Positions 1-12,894 are shown, counted from the first letter of the stretch. The stretch: DNA of 64,000 nt from Octopus sinensis (GCF_006345805.1 NC_043019.1:4339360-4403359); one strand, 5' to 3'. The notes: generated by a model from the sequence alone, not told the origin. Numbers and translations are program-made.

Positions 1-716
1 GGTCAAATCTAGTAGGTGAGGAATTAATGAGAACAACGGGTGTGGAGATGTTCTGTGTGACCAAAACTAATGTTCTGAATATTTTAAGAATACAGGGTGT
101 ATTTTTTAGGGGCGAGACAAAACCTACCTAAAAGCATGTATGTGTATACTAGCCTATGTGTGCGCGGCCGTATGTTGGCGGGGGGATCTAGATAATGAGC
201 ACTGCTGAAAAAAGCCTGTCACGCGGCTGAAAAAATTCTGTGTTCGTGTGTTCGTCTGTGGCCTGCTTGTCTAAAAATTAACATCGTCAAAGAATCATAA
301 GGGTATATATAATTCCAGCGTTTGCTTCTAAAAAAAACCGACCAATCTCCTAATGGGAGTAATTTCCCCTTGCAAGAGTTATTCATAGATTTTTTAAAAA
401 GTTTTTTCAAAATTTATTTCCAAAAATTATTTTCATTTTAATATGGTAACAAGGTGTTAATTGTCTTAGGTATCATTTATATGTAAGATAAGTATGACGC
501 CGCCAATGGGGACATCGAAAAGCCGTCATATATACGATGGGCTTCTTTCAGTTTCCGCCTACCAAATCCACTCACAAGGCTTTGGTCGACCCAAGGCTAT
601 AGTAGAAGAATCCGGAACCATGTGGTTGGTGAGCAAGCTACTTACCACACAGCCACTCCTGCGCCTATGTTTGTTTATGAAATTTAATTCTTAATATTTT
701 GTTTTTATTTTTCTAG

Positions 717-1034
717 GACCAGATGGCTGCTTTGGAGAATCTTCTAGAAGAATTACGTCAGATCAATAAACTTAGTGTTAATATGGAACAAAAAATGCAA
801 TATTCAAGTGCCATTGCCAAGTACCAAGGACTGAAAATACATCTTCTTAAAAAATTCGACTACCGTAACAAAAGAACCGGCCTCCTTATAGATTCGCTTC
901 CTGTAATTTGTGACATCTGCCAAGACTACAAACGTTATGTAAATTGCTCACAAGAGAATTATATTTTTAAGTTGTGTGGATTGAGATCACATATAAAGGA
1001 CTTTGATCTTCAAGAATTAAGTTTACAAAGTTAA
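717..1034 (+). CDS. Putative terminal coding exon of an unidentified gene (DQMAALENLLEELRQ...ELSLQS*)
   Basis: Long pyrimidine tract and TTCTAG acceptor ending at 716, then a 105-codon non-repetitive open frame ending in TAA at 1034. Upstream exons would lie outside the window. Confidence 0.6.
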   Translation, partial: DQMAALENLLEELRQINKLSVNMEQKMQYSSAIAKYQGLKIHLLKKFDYRNKRTGLLIDSLPVICDICQDYKRYVNCSQENYIFKLCGLRSHIKDFDLQELSLQS

Positions 1035-1167
1035 ATGATTATTTCACTAACATTGTTCAGCATTTTTCCATGGAAACGGTTTATTGGTAAGATAAGATGA
1101 AAGGGAAATGATGAATCAGATGAGACTAAATTCCTTATTCTATTATATTCTAATAAACTTATTTGTT

Positions 1168-1556
1168 CTCTTTACTCCTTTTACTCTTTTACTTGTTTCA
1201 GTCATTTGACTGTGGCCATGCTGGAACACTGCCTTTAGTCGAGCATATCAACCCCAGGACTTTTGCCGAACCGCTATGTTATGGGGATGTAAACACACCA
1301 GCATCGGTTGTAAAGCGATGTTGGGGGGGACAAACACAGACATACAAACATACACACACACACACACACACACAAATACACACACACATATATATACATA
1401 TATACGACGGGCTTCTTTCAGTTTCCATCTACCACAAGGTTTTGGTTGGCACAAGGCTGTAGTAGAAGACACTTGCTCAAGGTGCCACACAGTGGGACTG
1501 AACCCTGAACCATGTGGTTCGTAAGCAAGTTACTTACCACACAGCCACTCCTAGCC
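1168..1556 (-). mobile_element. SINE family A (tRNA-like head, central microsatellite, (AAGAGT)n tail)
   Basis: A-box/B-box-like head GGCGCAGGAGTGGCTGTGTGG...GGTTCAGTCCC. About 20 full or partial copies in the window, e.g. 531-665, 3431-3791, 10188-10500, 12256-12420, 30316-30415, 39744-39880, 53994-54155. Confidence 0.85.
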
Positions 1557-1984
1557 TATAGGATAAGTGCCAGACTTAAAAGATAAACAAGTACTACGGC
1601 CAATTTCTTTGACTGAAAACCTTGAAGGAAGTGCCCCAATATGGCCACAGTCTAATGACTGAAACAAGTAAAAGATACAACATAGAAGACAGCTTTATTT
1701 GTAGAGAGGGGACACCTAACACTAACTAACACACCCTTTCAGCTGTATTGGGTTCTCCTTTTTTATAATTACCTTTATTTTCCTACTGTTTCTTTGCCCT
1801 CACCATCACATTCTCGGTCACTGTTGTGCTCCTCTGTACTCCGACACCCTCCAAGCTACACTTCACTTTGCCTTACTAATGTGCCTACTCCCGTTCATGT
1901 TTCTTGTCTGTATGCCTACCTCCCTCCGTACTGCTTGCAACAACTTCTCCAGTACTTCTCTCTATTATTAGCCCCGCCTCTTTT

Positions 1985-2360
1985 TTTAAATAAAAAGTAC
2001 TTCACCATCCGAGCGTGATTGTTGCCAGAGTGGCTGTCTGGCCTCCGTGCCGGTGGCACGTAATAGACATCATTCGAGTGTGATTGTTACCAGCATCACT
2101 TCACTGGCACCTGTGCCGGTGGCATGTGTAAAAGATTCGAGCGAGGTCGTTGCCAGTACCGCCTGACTAGACCCATTCCAGTGGCAAGTAAAAGCACCCA
2201 CTACACCCTTGGAGTGGTTGGCGTAAGGAAGGGCATCGAGCTGTAGAAACTCTGCCAGATCCCGATTGAAGCCTGGTGCAGCCATCTGGTTCGCCAGCCC
2301 TCAGTCATTCGTCCAACCCATGCTTGCATGGAAAGCAGACGTTAAACGATGATGATGATT
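1985..2360 (+). mobile_element. RTE 3' UTR fragment
   Basis: Shares GGCGTAAGGAAGGGCATC...GCATGGAAAGCAGACGTTAAACGATGATG with the 47150 LINE tail. Confidence 0.7.
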
Positions 2361-2649
2361 CCCTTGACACACTCACCTCTTCATCTTCTGAAAGAAAATG
2401 CCAAGAATTTGTTGCACAAAGATGTTCAGGTATTGAAATGTGTGCTAGTTGGTACTATCTGTGCTCTTATGTTTATGACTAATATTATCTCAGAATTGAA
2501 CTTTCTTGTATATAATATGCATTATTATATTAATCATTCACTGATCATTTGAAACAGCTGTAAAGACAAAATCGTATTTGCAATTTTTAATATTAATACA
2601 TCTGTTATTGTTGGTCTATCATTCTTCAATATGTCTGTATGCATATGCG

Positions 2650-2718
<69 letters not shown>

Positions 2719-2854
2719 GTCTGTCTGTCTGTCTGTCTGTTGTCTGTCTGTCTGTCTGTCTGTCGTTCTTTCTATCTATCTACCTGTCTGGCTGTATGTA
2801 TGTATGCATGTATGTATGTGAGATATATATATATATAATATATATATATATATA

Positions 2855-2885
<31 letters not shown>

Positions 2886-3523
2886 AATGTACGCACACAC
2901 ACACACACATATATATACATATATATACATACACACACACACACATATATATGCATGTATGTATTTGTGTATATTTATGTGTATGTACATACGTATGTGT
3001 GTAAGTGTTCATGTGTGTATGTATGTGTATATATATATATGTATATATACATATATTTACACATATACGTATATAAATATGGAGAAATTCAATTTTAAAA
3101 TGATTTAAAATGAAAAACACTTCTTTATGTTATAATTTCTATTCATATTCTGTGAATTGTATGAGTCACAGAAAATAAAGTAGGAGAAAAACCAATCTAC
3201 CTTTCCTTAGAAATTTATGGGCCAAAGTTGTACAGTGGTGTTACCACTATGAGTGAGTGGGGGAAGTTTGCTATTGGCTTCCCAGAACCCTTTCAGGTTA
3301 CCAACAGGATCAACGATACTCTTTCTTTTTTCTCAGCTTGCGTACATACATACACACACAAACATACATACACGCATACATGCATGCATACATAAACACA
3401 CAAACATACAAACATACATACATTTATGAGGCACCTTGGGCAAGTGTCTTCTGCTATAGCCTCGGGCCGACCAAAGCCTTGTGAGTGGATTTGGTAGACG
3501 GAAACTGAAAGAAGCCTGTTGTA

Positions 3524-3572
<49 letters not shown>

Positions 3573-3808
3573 ATGTTTGTGCGTGTATGTTTGTGTGTCT
3601 GTGTTTGTCCCCCAACATCGTTTGACAACCGATGCTGGTGTGTTTACGTCCCCATAACTTAACAGTTCGGCTAAAGTGACCGATAGAACAAGTACTAGGC
3701 TTACAAAGAATAAGTCTTGGGCTCGATTCGCTCGACTGAAGGCGGCTGCTTCAGCATGGCCACGGTCAGATGACTGAAACAAGTAAAAGAGCGTATATAA
3801 CATATATA

Positions 3809-4320
3809 CCGTAAATCCTCGAGTATATTCTGCTCCTGAGTATAATTGGCAGGGTATTTTTAGGGGACTGTACCTCTGAAAAACCTAAACCTTGTGTATA
3901 ATACGCACCCCTTCTCTAACTTGAGTCAAGGAGGTCTATATACCGTCCTTGGTTTGTAAAACTGTATACAGTAACGTCCTATATTATTATTGTATATATA
4001 ACATAATGCAAACGTGTAGCTTTTTTGTGCATTTTGTTTGCAGAAAATAAAGAAATAACAGTAATAACGTTTAATAAATGTTGCTTACTGCAAGTTATGG
4101 ATGATTCTTTTATGACTTCATTACTTTCAGGCTTAGCTTAAGGTATTTTCGCCCCCGACATCACAAAATGAGTCTGAATAAAAATTGCCGGACAGCAAAT
4201 AGAGACTCGGACATTGCTTAGAAAATATTTTTCATTTTTAACCTCGTATACAGTACGTACTAGGGATTTTGACCTTTAAATTTTTGGGAAAAAATGCGGA
4301 TTATACTCGAGGATTTACGG
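3809..4320. mobile_element. pogo/Tigger-type MITE
   Basis: TIR CCGTAAATCCTCGAGTATA, TA TSD. Confidence 0.8.
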
Positions 4321-4690
4321 TATGAAAAAAAGTGTAGTTAAAAATTAAGTAGAAATATCCATACAAAATATCAGTATTGCCTGAGAAAAATTTTAGGTCC
4401 AATGAACTTGTATGATGTCATCCCGGTACTTTTGAGCTTCTGTGCTACTGCTGCATAGTAATTAAATTTTGGAGGAAAATGCGGATTATACTCGAGGATT
4501 TACGGTATGAAAAAAAGTGTAGTTAAAAATTAAGTAGAAATATCCATACAAAATATCAGTATTGCCTGAGCAAAATTTTAGGTCCAATGAACTTGTATGA
4601 TGTCATCCCGGTACTTTTGAGCTTCTGTGCTACTGCTGCATAGTAATTAAATTTTGGAGGAAAATGCGGATTATACTCGAGGATTTACGG
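4321..4690 (+). repeat. 185-bp tandem duplication, each unit ending in the pogo right TIR
   Basis: GGATTATACTCGAGGATTTACGG ends at 4320, 4505 and 4690. The two units are nearly identical. Confidence 0.9.
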
Positions 4691-4814
4691 TACTTATCAG
4701 ATGTGAATGTACTATCAAATGTCAAGGAAAGAGATGACATTATGTGGAACTTACAGCTCTTGTACTCTGACTGTGAATTCTCATTTGTACCTATCATCAT
4801 AGGTACATTCGGTT

Positions 4815-5057
4815 ACGTCTTTTACTCTTTCGCTTGTTTCAGGCATTTGACTGCGGCCAAGCTGGAGCACCACCTTTAGTCGAGCAAATCGACCCCAGGA
4901 CTTATTCTTTGTAAACCTAGTACTTATTCTATCGGTTATCTTTTGCCGAACCGCTAAGTTACGGGGGACGTAAACACACCAGCATCGATTGTCAAGCGAT
5001 GTTGGGGGGACAAACACAGATACACAAACGTATACACACACATACATATATATACGT

Positions 5058-5100
<43 letters not shown>

Positions 5101-5256
5101 GGCGCAGGAGTGGCTGTGTGGTAAGTAGCTTGCTAACCAGCCACATGGTTCCGGGTTCAGTCCCACTGCGTGGCATCTTGGGCAAGTGTCTTCTGCTATT
5201 ACCCCGGGCCGACCAAAGCCTTGTGAGTGGATTTGGTAACTGAAAGAAGCCTGTCG

Positions 5257-5291
<35 letters not shown>

Positions 5292-5490
5292 TTGTGTGTC
5301 TGTGTTTGTCCCCCTAGCATTGCTTGACAACCGATGCTGGTCGTCCCCGTCACTTAGCGGTTTGGCAAAAGAGAGCGATAGAATAAGTATTGGGCTTACA
5401 AAGAAGTCCCGGGGTCGATTTGCTCAACTAAAGGCGGTGCTCCAGCATGGCCGCAGTCAAATGACTGAAACAATTAAAAGAAAGAATAAA

Positions 5491-5521
<31 letters not shown>

Positions 5522-5686
5522 CGATGGGATTCTTTCAGTTTCCGTCTACCAAATCCACTCACAAGGCCTCGGTCGGCCCGAGGCTATAGTAGAAGACACT
5601 TGCCCAAGATGCCACGCAGTGGGACTGAACCCGGAACCATGCGGTTGGTAAGCAAGCTACGTACCACACAGCCACTCCTACGCCTA
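4815..5686. mobile_element. SINE A (+, 5099-5490) nested in the microsatellite of a SINE A (-)
   Basis: Tail half at 4815-5030 and head half at 5519-5686 flank a full opposite-strand copy. Confidence 0.8.
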
Positions 5687-6019
5687 TGTACCAACAAATT
5701 GCCCCAAAACCTAGAAATAATCGGTTTCCCGGGAAATAAAGCAAAAGAAACTGATACGGATTCTCCAAATCCAATCTATTAGTGGCACAGTGGAGATTTG
5801 TAAGACATTCCAAAAGTTCTGCATGTAAGATTCTTATGTGAACAGAAGCACACACTTAGGTGTATGCACGGACAGTTAAACCAACACACGAATTCAACCA
5901 CCAGGAACTCCCTTAACTCAAAAAGTTTTGTTGCTTTGTCAGTAACCAGCTTAAACTCTCTCAAGAACAACATGAATTAAACGCAAAGAAAAATTATACA
6001 TACATAATATTATTATTAA

Positions 6020-6315
6020 GGTTGCCCCCTAGTTATCGAGTATGGCCATTGCACGAAGCTTAACTGTTACTGGTGCTGTGATCGAATGTGACCTTTTAGC
6101 CCAGCTAAAGATCTAGAATATCTTGTACAGAATTGGCAGCTAAAACCTTTACCCGCAATAGCCGGCTGTAGTTGTAACTGGGCTTCATGTACCTTTGCAT
6201 GTCGTTTAAGTCCTCCTGCCGAATTACACTCTCTTCCACATGCCTGACATATATGATTAGTATGGTGTGTAACACCACCACCAGTGGCCAGGTTGTCACT
6301 CATCTGTCTCGCTTT
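6020..6315 (-). mobile_element. ~300-bp LINE-3'-like element encoding two C2H2-type fingers
   Basis: HICQACGRECNSAGGLKRHAKVH...FSCQFCTRYSRSLAGLKGHIRSQH*. Copies at 12895-13190 (+) and 46407-46587 (-). Confidence 0.7.
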
Positions 6316-6400
6316 ATGACTACATACATAATATGCATACATACATACATATACACGCACATACATACATACATAGATACATACATACACACATACACTA

Positions 6401-6708
6401 ATCTTTATATATAAAATTGAAGTTGTGTGTGTGAGACTCTGTCTACCCCGATTTAGATTCCTAACTACTCCCACATTTTGCGGTGCAGTGTAACCAAAAG
6501 CGGGTATCTTATAGTCGTCATTCATATCGACCCCTTCTGGATATTAGCGCGCGTCTACGATGAGTCTACGATTTAAAATAAAAATTACCATCATTTTTCC
6601 GCATTTTTAATGATTTTTGCTCGGGTTATATAGGGAAGTAACTCTCTAAAAATACTTATATAGTTATTTTCCTTACAAACCCGAGCAACGCCGGGCGATA
6701 CTGCTAGT
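6401..6708 (-). mobile_element. HINE family 1
   Basis: Reverse complement of the 23039 element, including both termini. Confidence 0.7.
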
Positions 6709-7829
6709 ATATATATACAGACACACATACAAACATGCATAGTTACACACACTAGCAAATCTACCCATTTACGATGGAGGCATAAAATGAGGGAGGGGAG
6801 TCATAACCGCGGTATGTATTGAGAAATGTGTAAATGGACTTTGATAGATTACTGGGTGATGTCTTAGAAGAATCACATTATTGCTGGTGATACAGCATTC
6901 TGTTGCAGCTATACGACATGTGTTTGCAACTAAGTGACATGCGATGACGATTCACTCCCGAACTGAAATAGGACCCCAGCTTCTGTATCACGAATGGTTA
7001 TGTAGACCACTCCGAACGAAAACCAGACCTTCCTTCGACCACCACATAAAATTTATTAAGAAAAAAATGTTATTTAGATATACTTATATTTTAGTTGTTT
7101 ACACTATTTTAATGCTTGATTATACTTTTATACATTCAAAGTCCACAAATTTCTTTACTTAAATTATGAATCTTTTCGATAATGTCAACATGATTACAAA
7201 ACTTCTTTGTAGACAATATTTTCTGTTTATTCGACACTAATATTCTGGAGTCTGTTGCTCTACTTATAGCGACGTATAACTGGCCGTGTGTAAACATCGG
7301 AGTGGGTCAAAATACACCTACACGATCTAGAGTCTGGCCCTGTACTTTGCTGTGAATGCGCGAGCGGAATCTTTCAGGTTGCCAAAAATCAAACTAAAAC
7401 TTACCTCTCACTGTTCTATTCGAATAATGTCTGGATGTTCTAGTGCCATGCGTTATTTTGATTGACAAGACTTGAGATGTAATCAACAGCTCTTCGGTTA
7501 GTTGTTTCGAATCCTGCTCGAGACTGACACACTTCAATAACCACAAAATAAATTTCTTTACTACCCACAAGGGGCTAAACACTAAGGGAACAAACAAGGA
7601 CAGACAAACGGATTAAGTCGATTATATCGACCCCCAGTGCAAAACTGGTACTTTATTTATTGAACCCGAAAGGATGAAAGGCAAAGTCAACCTCGGCGGA
7701 ATTTGAACTCAGAGCGTAACGGCAGACGAAATACGGTTACGCATTTCGCCCGGCGTGCTAACGTTTCTGCCAGCTCGCAAAATAATCACACACACTATAT
7801 ACTGACACACACTTTTTCCATTTTATTTT

Positions 7830-8434
7830 CGCTATTAGCCCTCCTCGCGACCCGCTTCGTATCTACGATGGGGCTTCGAACAATACGATAAAAATCCAGA
7901 GTTACTCGTGGTCAGTGAATTTTCGATAAAAATGCGAAGGCGGTTTATCAATTCAAAAATCGATATTCACGAAATAATCATACTTTCTGATTTTTTAATG
8001 CTAAAAACCTTCCTGACGACCGTCTTTGTAATCCCGAAAAATATCGTAACCAATTTGTCTGGCCGTCTGGCCATGAAAAGGGAACAGACATAACGCCCTT
8101 TAATATAGTAAGACAGAAAACCTGCCCATCAACGACGGGAAATAAAAGGATAGTATCATAAATCTAAACCTAAATTCACGAACTATACGGGTGGCGGAGA
8201 AGAAATCCAAAGTTAATCCTCGTCGCTGAGATTTTAACAAAAAAAAATCAAAGGTGATTTATTAATACAAAACTCAATATCCACGAAATCATACTTTTTC
8301 ACGTTTTTTTTTCGTTAAAAACCTTCTTGATTACCTCCTTCGTAATCCCCCAAAACATCGTGACCATTGGTCCAGCTGTTTGACCGTAAAGAGGGGACAA
8401 ACAGACGGACATAACACCCATTATAGTAAGATTC
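7830..8434 (+). mobile_element. Two diverged tandem HINE-like elements (family 3)
   Basis: Both end ...ACAGAC...ATAGTAAGAY (about 8115 and 8434) and have related bodies. Confidence 0.4.
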
Positions 8435-9532
8435 AAACATAGGTATACATAGGTATACATACGTTTCGAGCCTACGCTCATCGACAGAAAGATACACAGA
8501 AAAAAACAAGGAGAGGAAAACAGGAGAATAAAAAATGTGTGTAGTGGCTAACGATCTATCATGGCGACTGAACATACATACATACATACATACATAATAC
8601 ATACATATAGACATACATACATACACATTAACCTGTGCAGCATGCATATGGAGAGCCACGTAGACAAATATTAGTACGCTCTTATATACACGCGCGCGCG
8701 CACACACACACACACGCACATAGAATCGCAAACACTTATGTGCATGCAAATACCCACACCCACACACATCAACACATACATACATACATACATACATACA
8801 TACGTACGTACGTAGGTACGTACGTACGTACGTACATACACATGTACATATTCACGCATACACACACACACTCACTCACACAGACACGCACACATGTCAC
8901 ACACACAGCTACTTGTGCGTGCACACACATAGCCGCTCATAAACTTATACAAGCACTCACACACACACACACACACACGTACATACAGAAACCTGGACAC
9001 TTATACATTGTAGGCATACTTCTATTTCGACATCCTGTTCCATCTCCGTAAGTATTAGGACCACAAATTAAGTGATGTTGAGTATTCAATTGGCTTTTTA
9101 CCATTGGTGTCTACTGGAAGCGAAGTCAACAACATCGTACAACCCAAAAACTTTAAAAGAATATCTCTGGCTATATCCTCCTCAAATAAACAATACCGCA
9201 GTAACTAGCCTTCGACAATAGCCACTTATGCAGTATATATATGATGTCTTTTATATAAGTGGCTATTTGAATTGGATACTGCTTCAATTGCATATACTAG
9301 AAAGGAATCTAAAATTTGGGAGGAACCGGTTCGGAAATCTGGTCACAAAAGCAATTTTAGACAAAACTGAAGTCATTCAATAAGAAAATGGAATATTAGC
9401 AAAATACACAGGAACTGTGAAAACCATAATACCAGAAAATACTTGTAATGGGAATATTTCCATACTGTGTAACACGATGCTTTTCCTTTGGGAGCAACTG
9501 TTATTTTATACTGGCTTACCCACAAATGTGTG

Positions 9533-9855
9533 AAGGCGTGTGGCTTAGTGGTTAGGGCATTCGGCTCACGATTGTAAGGTTGTGAGTTCGATACCCAGCG
9601 ACGCGTTGTGTCCTTGAGCAAGACACTTCATTTCCTGTTGCTCCAGTCCACTCAGCTGGCAAAAATCAGTTGTACCCGTATTTCAAAGGGACGGCCTTGT
9701 CACACTCTATTTCACGCTGAATCTCCCTGGGAAATACGTTAGGGGTACACGTGTCTGTGGAGTGGTCAGCCACTTACACGTTACTTTCACGAGCAGGCTG
9801 TTCCGCTGATCGTATCAGCTGGGACCCTCATCGTTGTAACCGACGGAGTGCTTCT
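9533..9855 (+). mobile_element. SINE family C (head GGCGYGTGGCTTAGTGGTTAGGG, 3' half shared with family B)
   Basis: Related copies at 20085-20385 (-), 36272-36515 (+), 62930-63108 (-) and 63600-63745 (-). Confidence 0.75.
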
Positions 9856-10500
9856 TTAGACCCAAAAATGTATGGAAAATGTCTAATATTTCCTTCAAAC
9901 TTTGCTTTTCTTATATTTATTCAAACCCCAAAGAATCTCTCTCAACACATGGCTATGATACTCTCCTACAACTCCAGCTCATCATCAGAGACGTACATAT
10001 TGTCAGCCACCAAGGGACATGCTTGAGTGGTTAAGGTCAAGCAACTGGTCAGCAAATCTGTGGTATTGAACAGAATATTTGTTATAATGATATTTCTGCT
10101 TCAGCAACTCAGTGCTGAATCTGTCTGAAGTGTAATGGAAAATAGGTCAGTTTGAAAACATTCACTGATACTAAGTGCTTAAAAGTTAATGTACATGGCT
10201 GTGTGGTAAGAAGTTTGCTTCTTGAACACAGAGTTTTGAGTTCAATGGAACCTTGGGCAAGTGTCTTCTTCTATTGTCCCAGATTGCCCAAAGTCTTGTG
10301 AGAGGATTTAATAGACGGAAACTGAAACTCATTATGTATGTGTGTGTGTGTGTTTGTGCGTGTGTGTGTGTTTGTGCGTGTGTGTGTGTTTGTATTTGTC
10401 CCCCACCCACCAATATTTGACAAGCAATGGTTTGTTAACATCTCCGTAATCCAGTGGGAGACTTAAAAAGTTCTGGGGTTTATTTGTTCGACTACAACCC

Positions 10501-11125
10501 TGTATGTATGTATGTATGTATGTATGTATGTATGTATGTATGTATGTTGTATGTGTTTATGTATGTGTGTGTATGTGTAATGTATGTATGTATGTATGTG
10601 TGTGTATGTGTGTGTATGTATGTATGTATGTATGTAATGTATGTGTGTATGGTGGTGTATGTATGTGTGTGTGTGTATGCATGTATGTATGGTGTTTGTA
10701 TGTATATGCATGTATGTGTGTATGTATGTATTGTGGTATGTATGTTTTGTATGTTATGTATGTATGCATGTATGTATGTGTGTATGTGTGTATGTATGTA
10801 TGTATGTGTGTATGCATGCATGCTGCATGTATGTATGTATGTTATGGTATGTATGTATGTATTGTATGTATGTATGTATAGTGTATGTATGTATGTGTGT
10901 GTGTATGGTATGTATGTATGTATGTTATGTATGTATGTTATGTGTGTTGTATGTGTGTATGTATTATGTGTATGTATGTATGTATGTATGTATGTATGTA
11001 TGTATGTTGTATGTAATGTATGTATGTATGTATGTATGTATGTGTGTATGCATGCATGCATGTATGTATGTATGTATGTATGTGTGTGTAATATGTATGT
11101 ATGTATGTATGTATGTATGTGTGCG
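10501..11125. repeat. (ATGT)n compound microsatellite
   Basis: Seen directly. Confidence 0.95.
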
Positions 11126-11829
11126 TGCGATTGTGTGTTCCTGTAGTAGGTTCTGTTTGTGAGTGAAGTGGAATATGTACAACATTATTCTTGCCTATAA
11201 ATGAACGAAATATTCAAGTGGAAGAACTTGACAAGTGTAACAAAAAGAACTTTTTATCGTAATATCAAATGACAGGGATGAGGGGGAGGGAGAATGAGGG
11301 GTGGGGAGAGGAAGAGAGGGAGAGAGGGAAGAAGTGTTGAAGATAAGTGAGTGAGAGCGAGATTAAGAGAGATGTTGAGAAGTGGAGAAAGAGAAAGAGA
11401 GAGAGAGAGAGAAAGTGACAAAGAAAGAAAGAGACAAAGAAAACAGAGAAAGAGAGAGTAAAGGAGACTAAGTGAGATGCTTAGAAGTGAAGGGAGAGAA
11501 AAAGAGGTAGAGAGGGGGAGAGATTAATGAATTTAGAAAGGGAGAGAGAGAGAGAGTAATGAATAAGGAGATGAAGAGAGGTAGAAATGGAGAGTGTGAC
11601 AGAGGGAGAGACAGAGAGACAGATGGGTTTATATATACATATATATGTATGTATGTGTATGTGTGTACTTGTGTGCAGATGTATGTATATATATATATAT
11701 AGATGTAGCTGAAATTGCAAGGATGATCCGGTTCTTGACTGAAGATTAGAGGCTTCGAATGACCCGTCCGTTTTTGTGTCATCTATTTGAGTGTTTTGCG
11801 TTCTTATCCCATTTTGTATTTTACATATA

Positions 11830-11898
<69 letters not shown>

Positions 11899-11978
11899 TA
11901 TTATATATATAAATATATATATATATATAAATATATATAAATATATATATATTATAAAATATATATATATAATATATA

Positions 11979-12018
<40 letters not shown>

Positions 12019-12092
12019 TAGAGATAGTAGGCCCCTTCATCTCACCATATAAAAAAGAATTTTTATTTTAAATACCTACTGTTTTATAACTT

Positions 12093-12188
12093 GGCTACAC
12101 GTGTTTCATGAGGTACACCCTCCGGTTCCTAAACCACTCCGTGTTTTTGCTGGAACCCTTCTCAAAATGTAACCTCAATCATCAGGCC
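12093..12188 (-). ncRNA. Type I hammerhead ribozyme candidate with extended stem II
   Basis: GGC CTGATGA T TGAGGTTACA...TGTACCTCA T GAAAC ACGT GTA GCC. Stem I is GGC/GCC and the cleavage triplet is GUA. Confidence 0.7.
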
Positions 12189-12554
12189 CTTATACCTCTT
12201 CATCATCGTTCAATACTATAAACTATATTTTAATTTTTTCAAAACCCATACACATAGGCGCAGGAGTGGCTGTGTGGTAAGTAGCTTGCTAACCAGCCAC
12301 ATGGTACCGGGTTCATGGTATCTTGGGCAAGTGTCTTCTGCTATAGCCCCGGGTCGACCAATGCCTTGTGAGTGGATTTGGTAGATGGAAACTGAAAGAA
12401 GCCTGTCGTATATATGTATATATATATATATATGTATATTGATACGAGTAGGTCAATCCGTGAACAACTACTTTGCTGGGGTGTAGTCTGGAAGTCTACA
12501 ATCTAAAGTTATTGTCATTTGTTCTGTCATATTCACGAGAGAGTAATGAGCTTT

Positions 12555-12654
12555 NNNNNNNNNNNNNNNNNNNNNNNNNNNNNNNNNNNNNNNNNNNNNN
12601 NNNNNNNNNNNNNNNNNNNNNNNNNNNNNNNNNNNNNNNNNNNNNNNNNNNNNN
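12555..12654. other. Assembly gap (100 N)
   Basis: Run of N. Confidence 1.
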
Positions 12655-12894
12655 AAACACTAACTTCCTGTCTTGCCTCACAAGTCTTTGAGGCCTGAAA
12701 GGTCAGTTGTGTTGCTCCAAATATTGAACAGTTTTAAACAGGTAGAGTAGAATAGTTAGTGGGCCTGTTATGTAGATAGATGTATGTATGTGTATGTGTG
12801 GGTGTTATATATATATATATATATATAGATATATATTATATATATATATATATATATAATATGTGTGTGTGTGTGGTGTGTGTGTGTGTGTATG

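Noticed and set aside
219-410. Minus-strand 63-aa ORF
   Set aside because: No recognisable motif or splice signals.
6067-6525. 152-aa ORF as a host C2H2 zinc-finger gene
   Set aside because: The frame is stitched from a HINE, a microsatellite and a dispersed repeat present three times in the window.
10454-11162. Long ORFs such as [16 protein letters not shown] and poly-L/Q (also 18442-19278, 36845-37721, 16206-16601, 58378-58867)
   Set aside because: They are translations of microsatellites with no coding signal.
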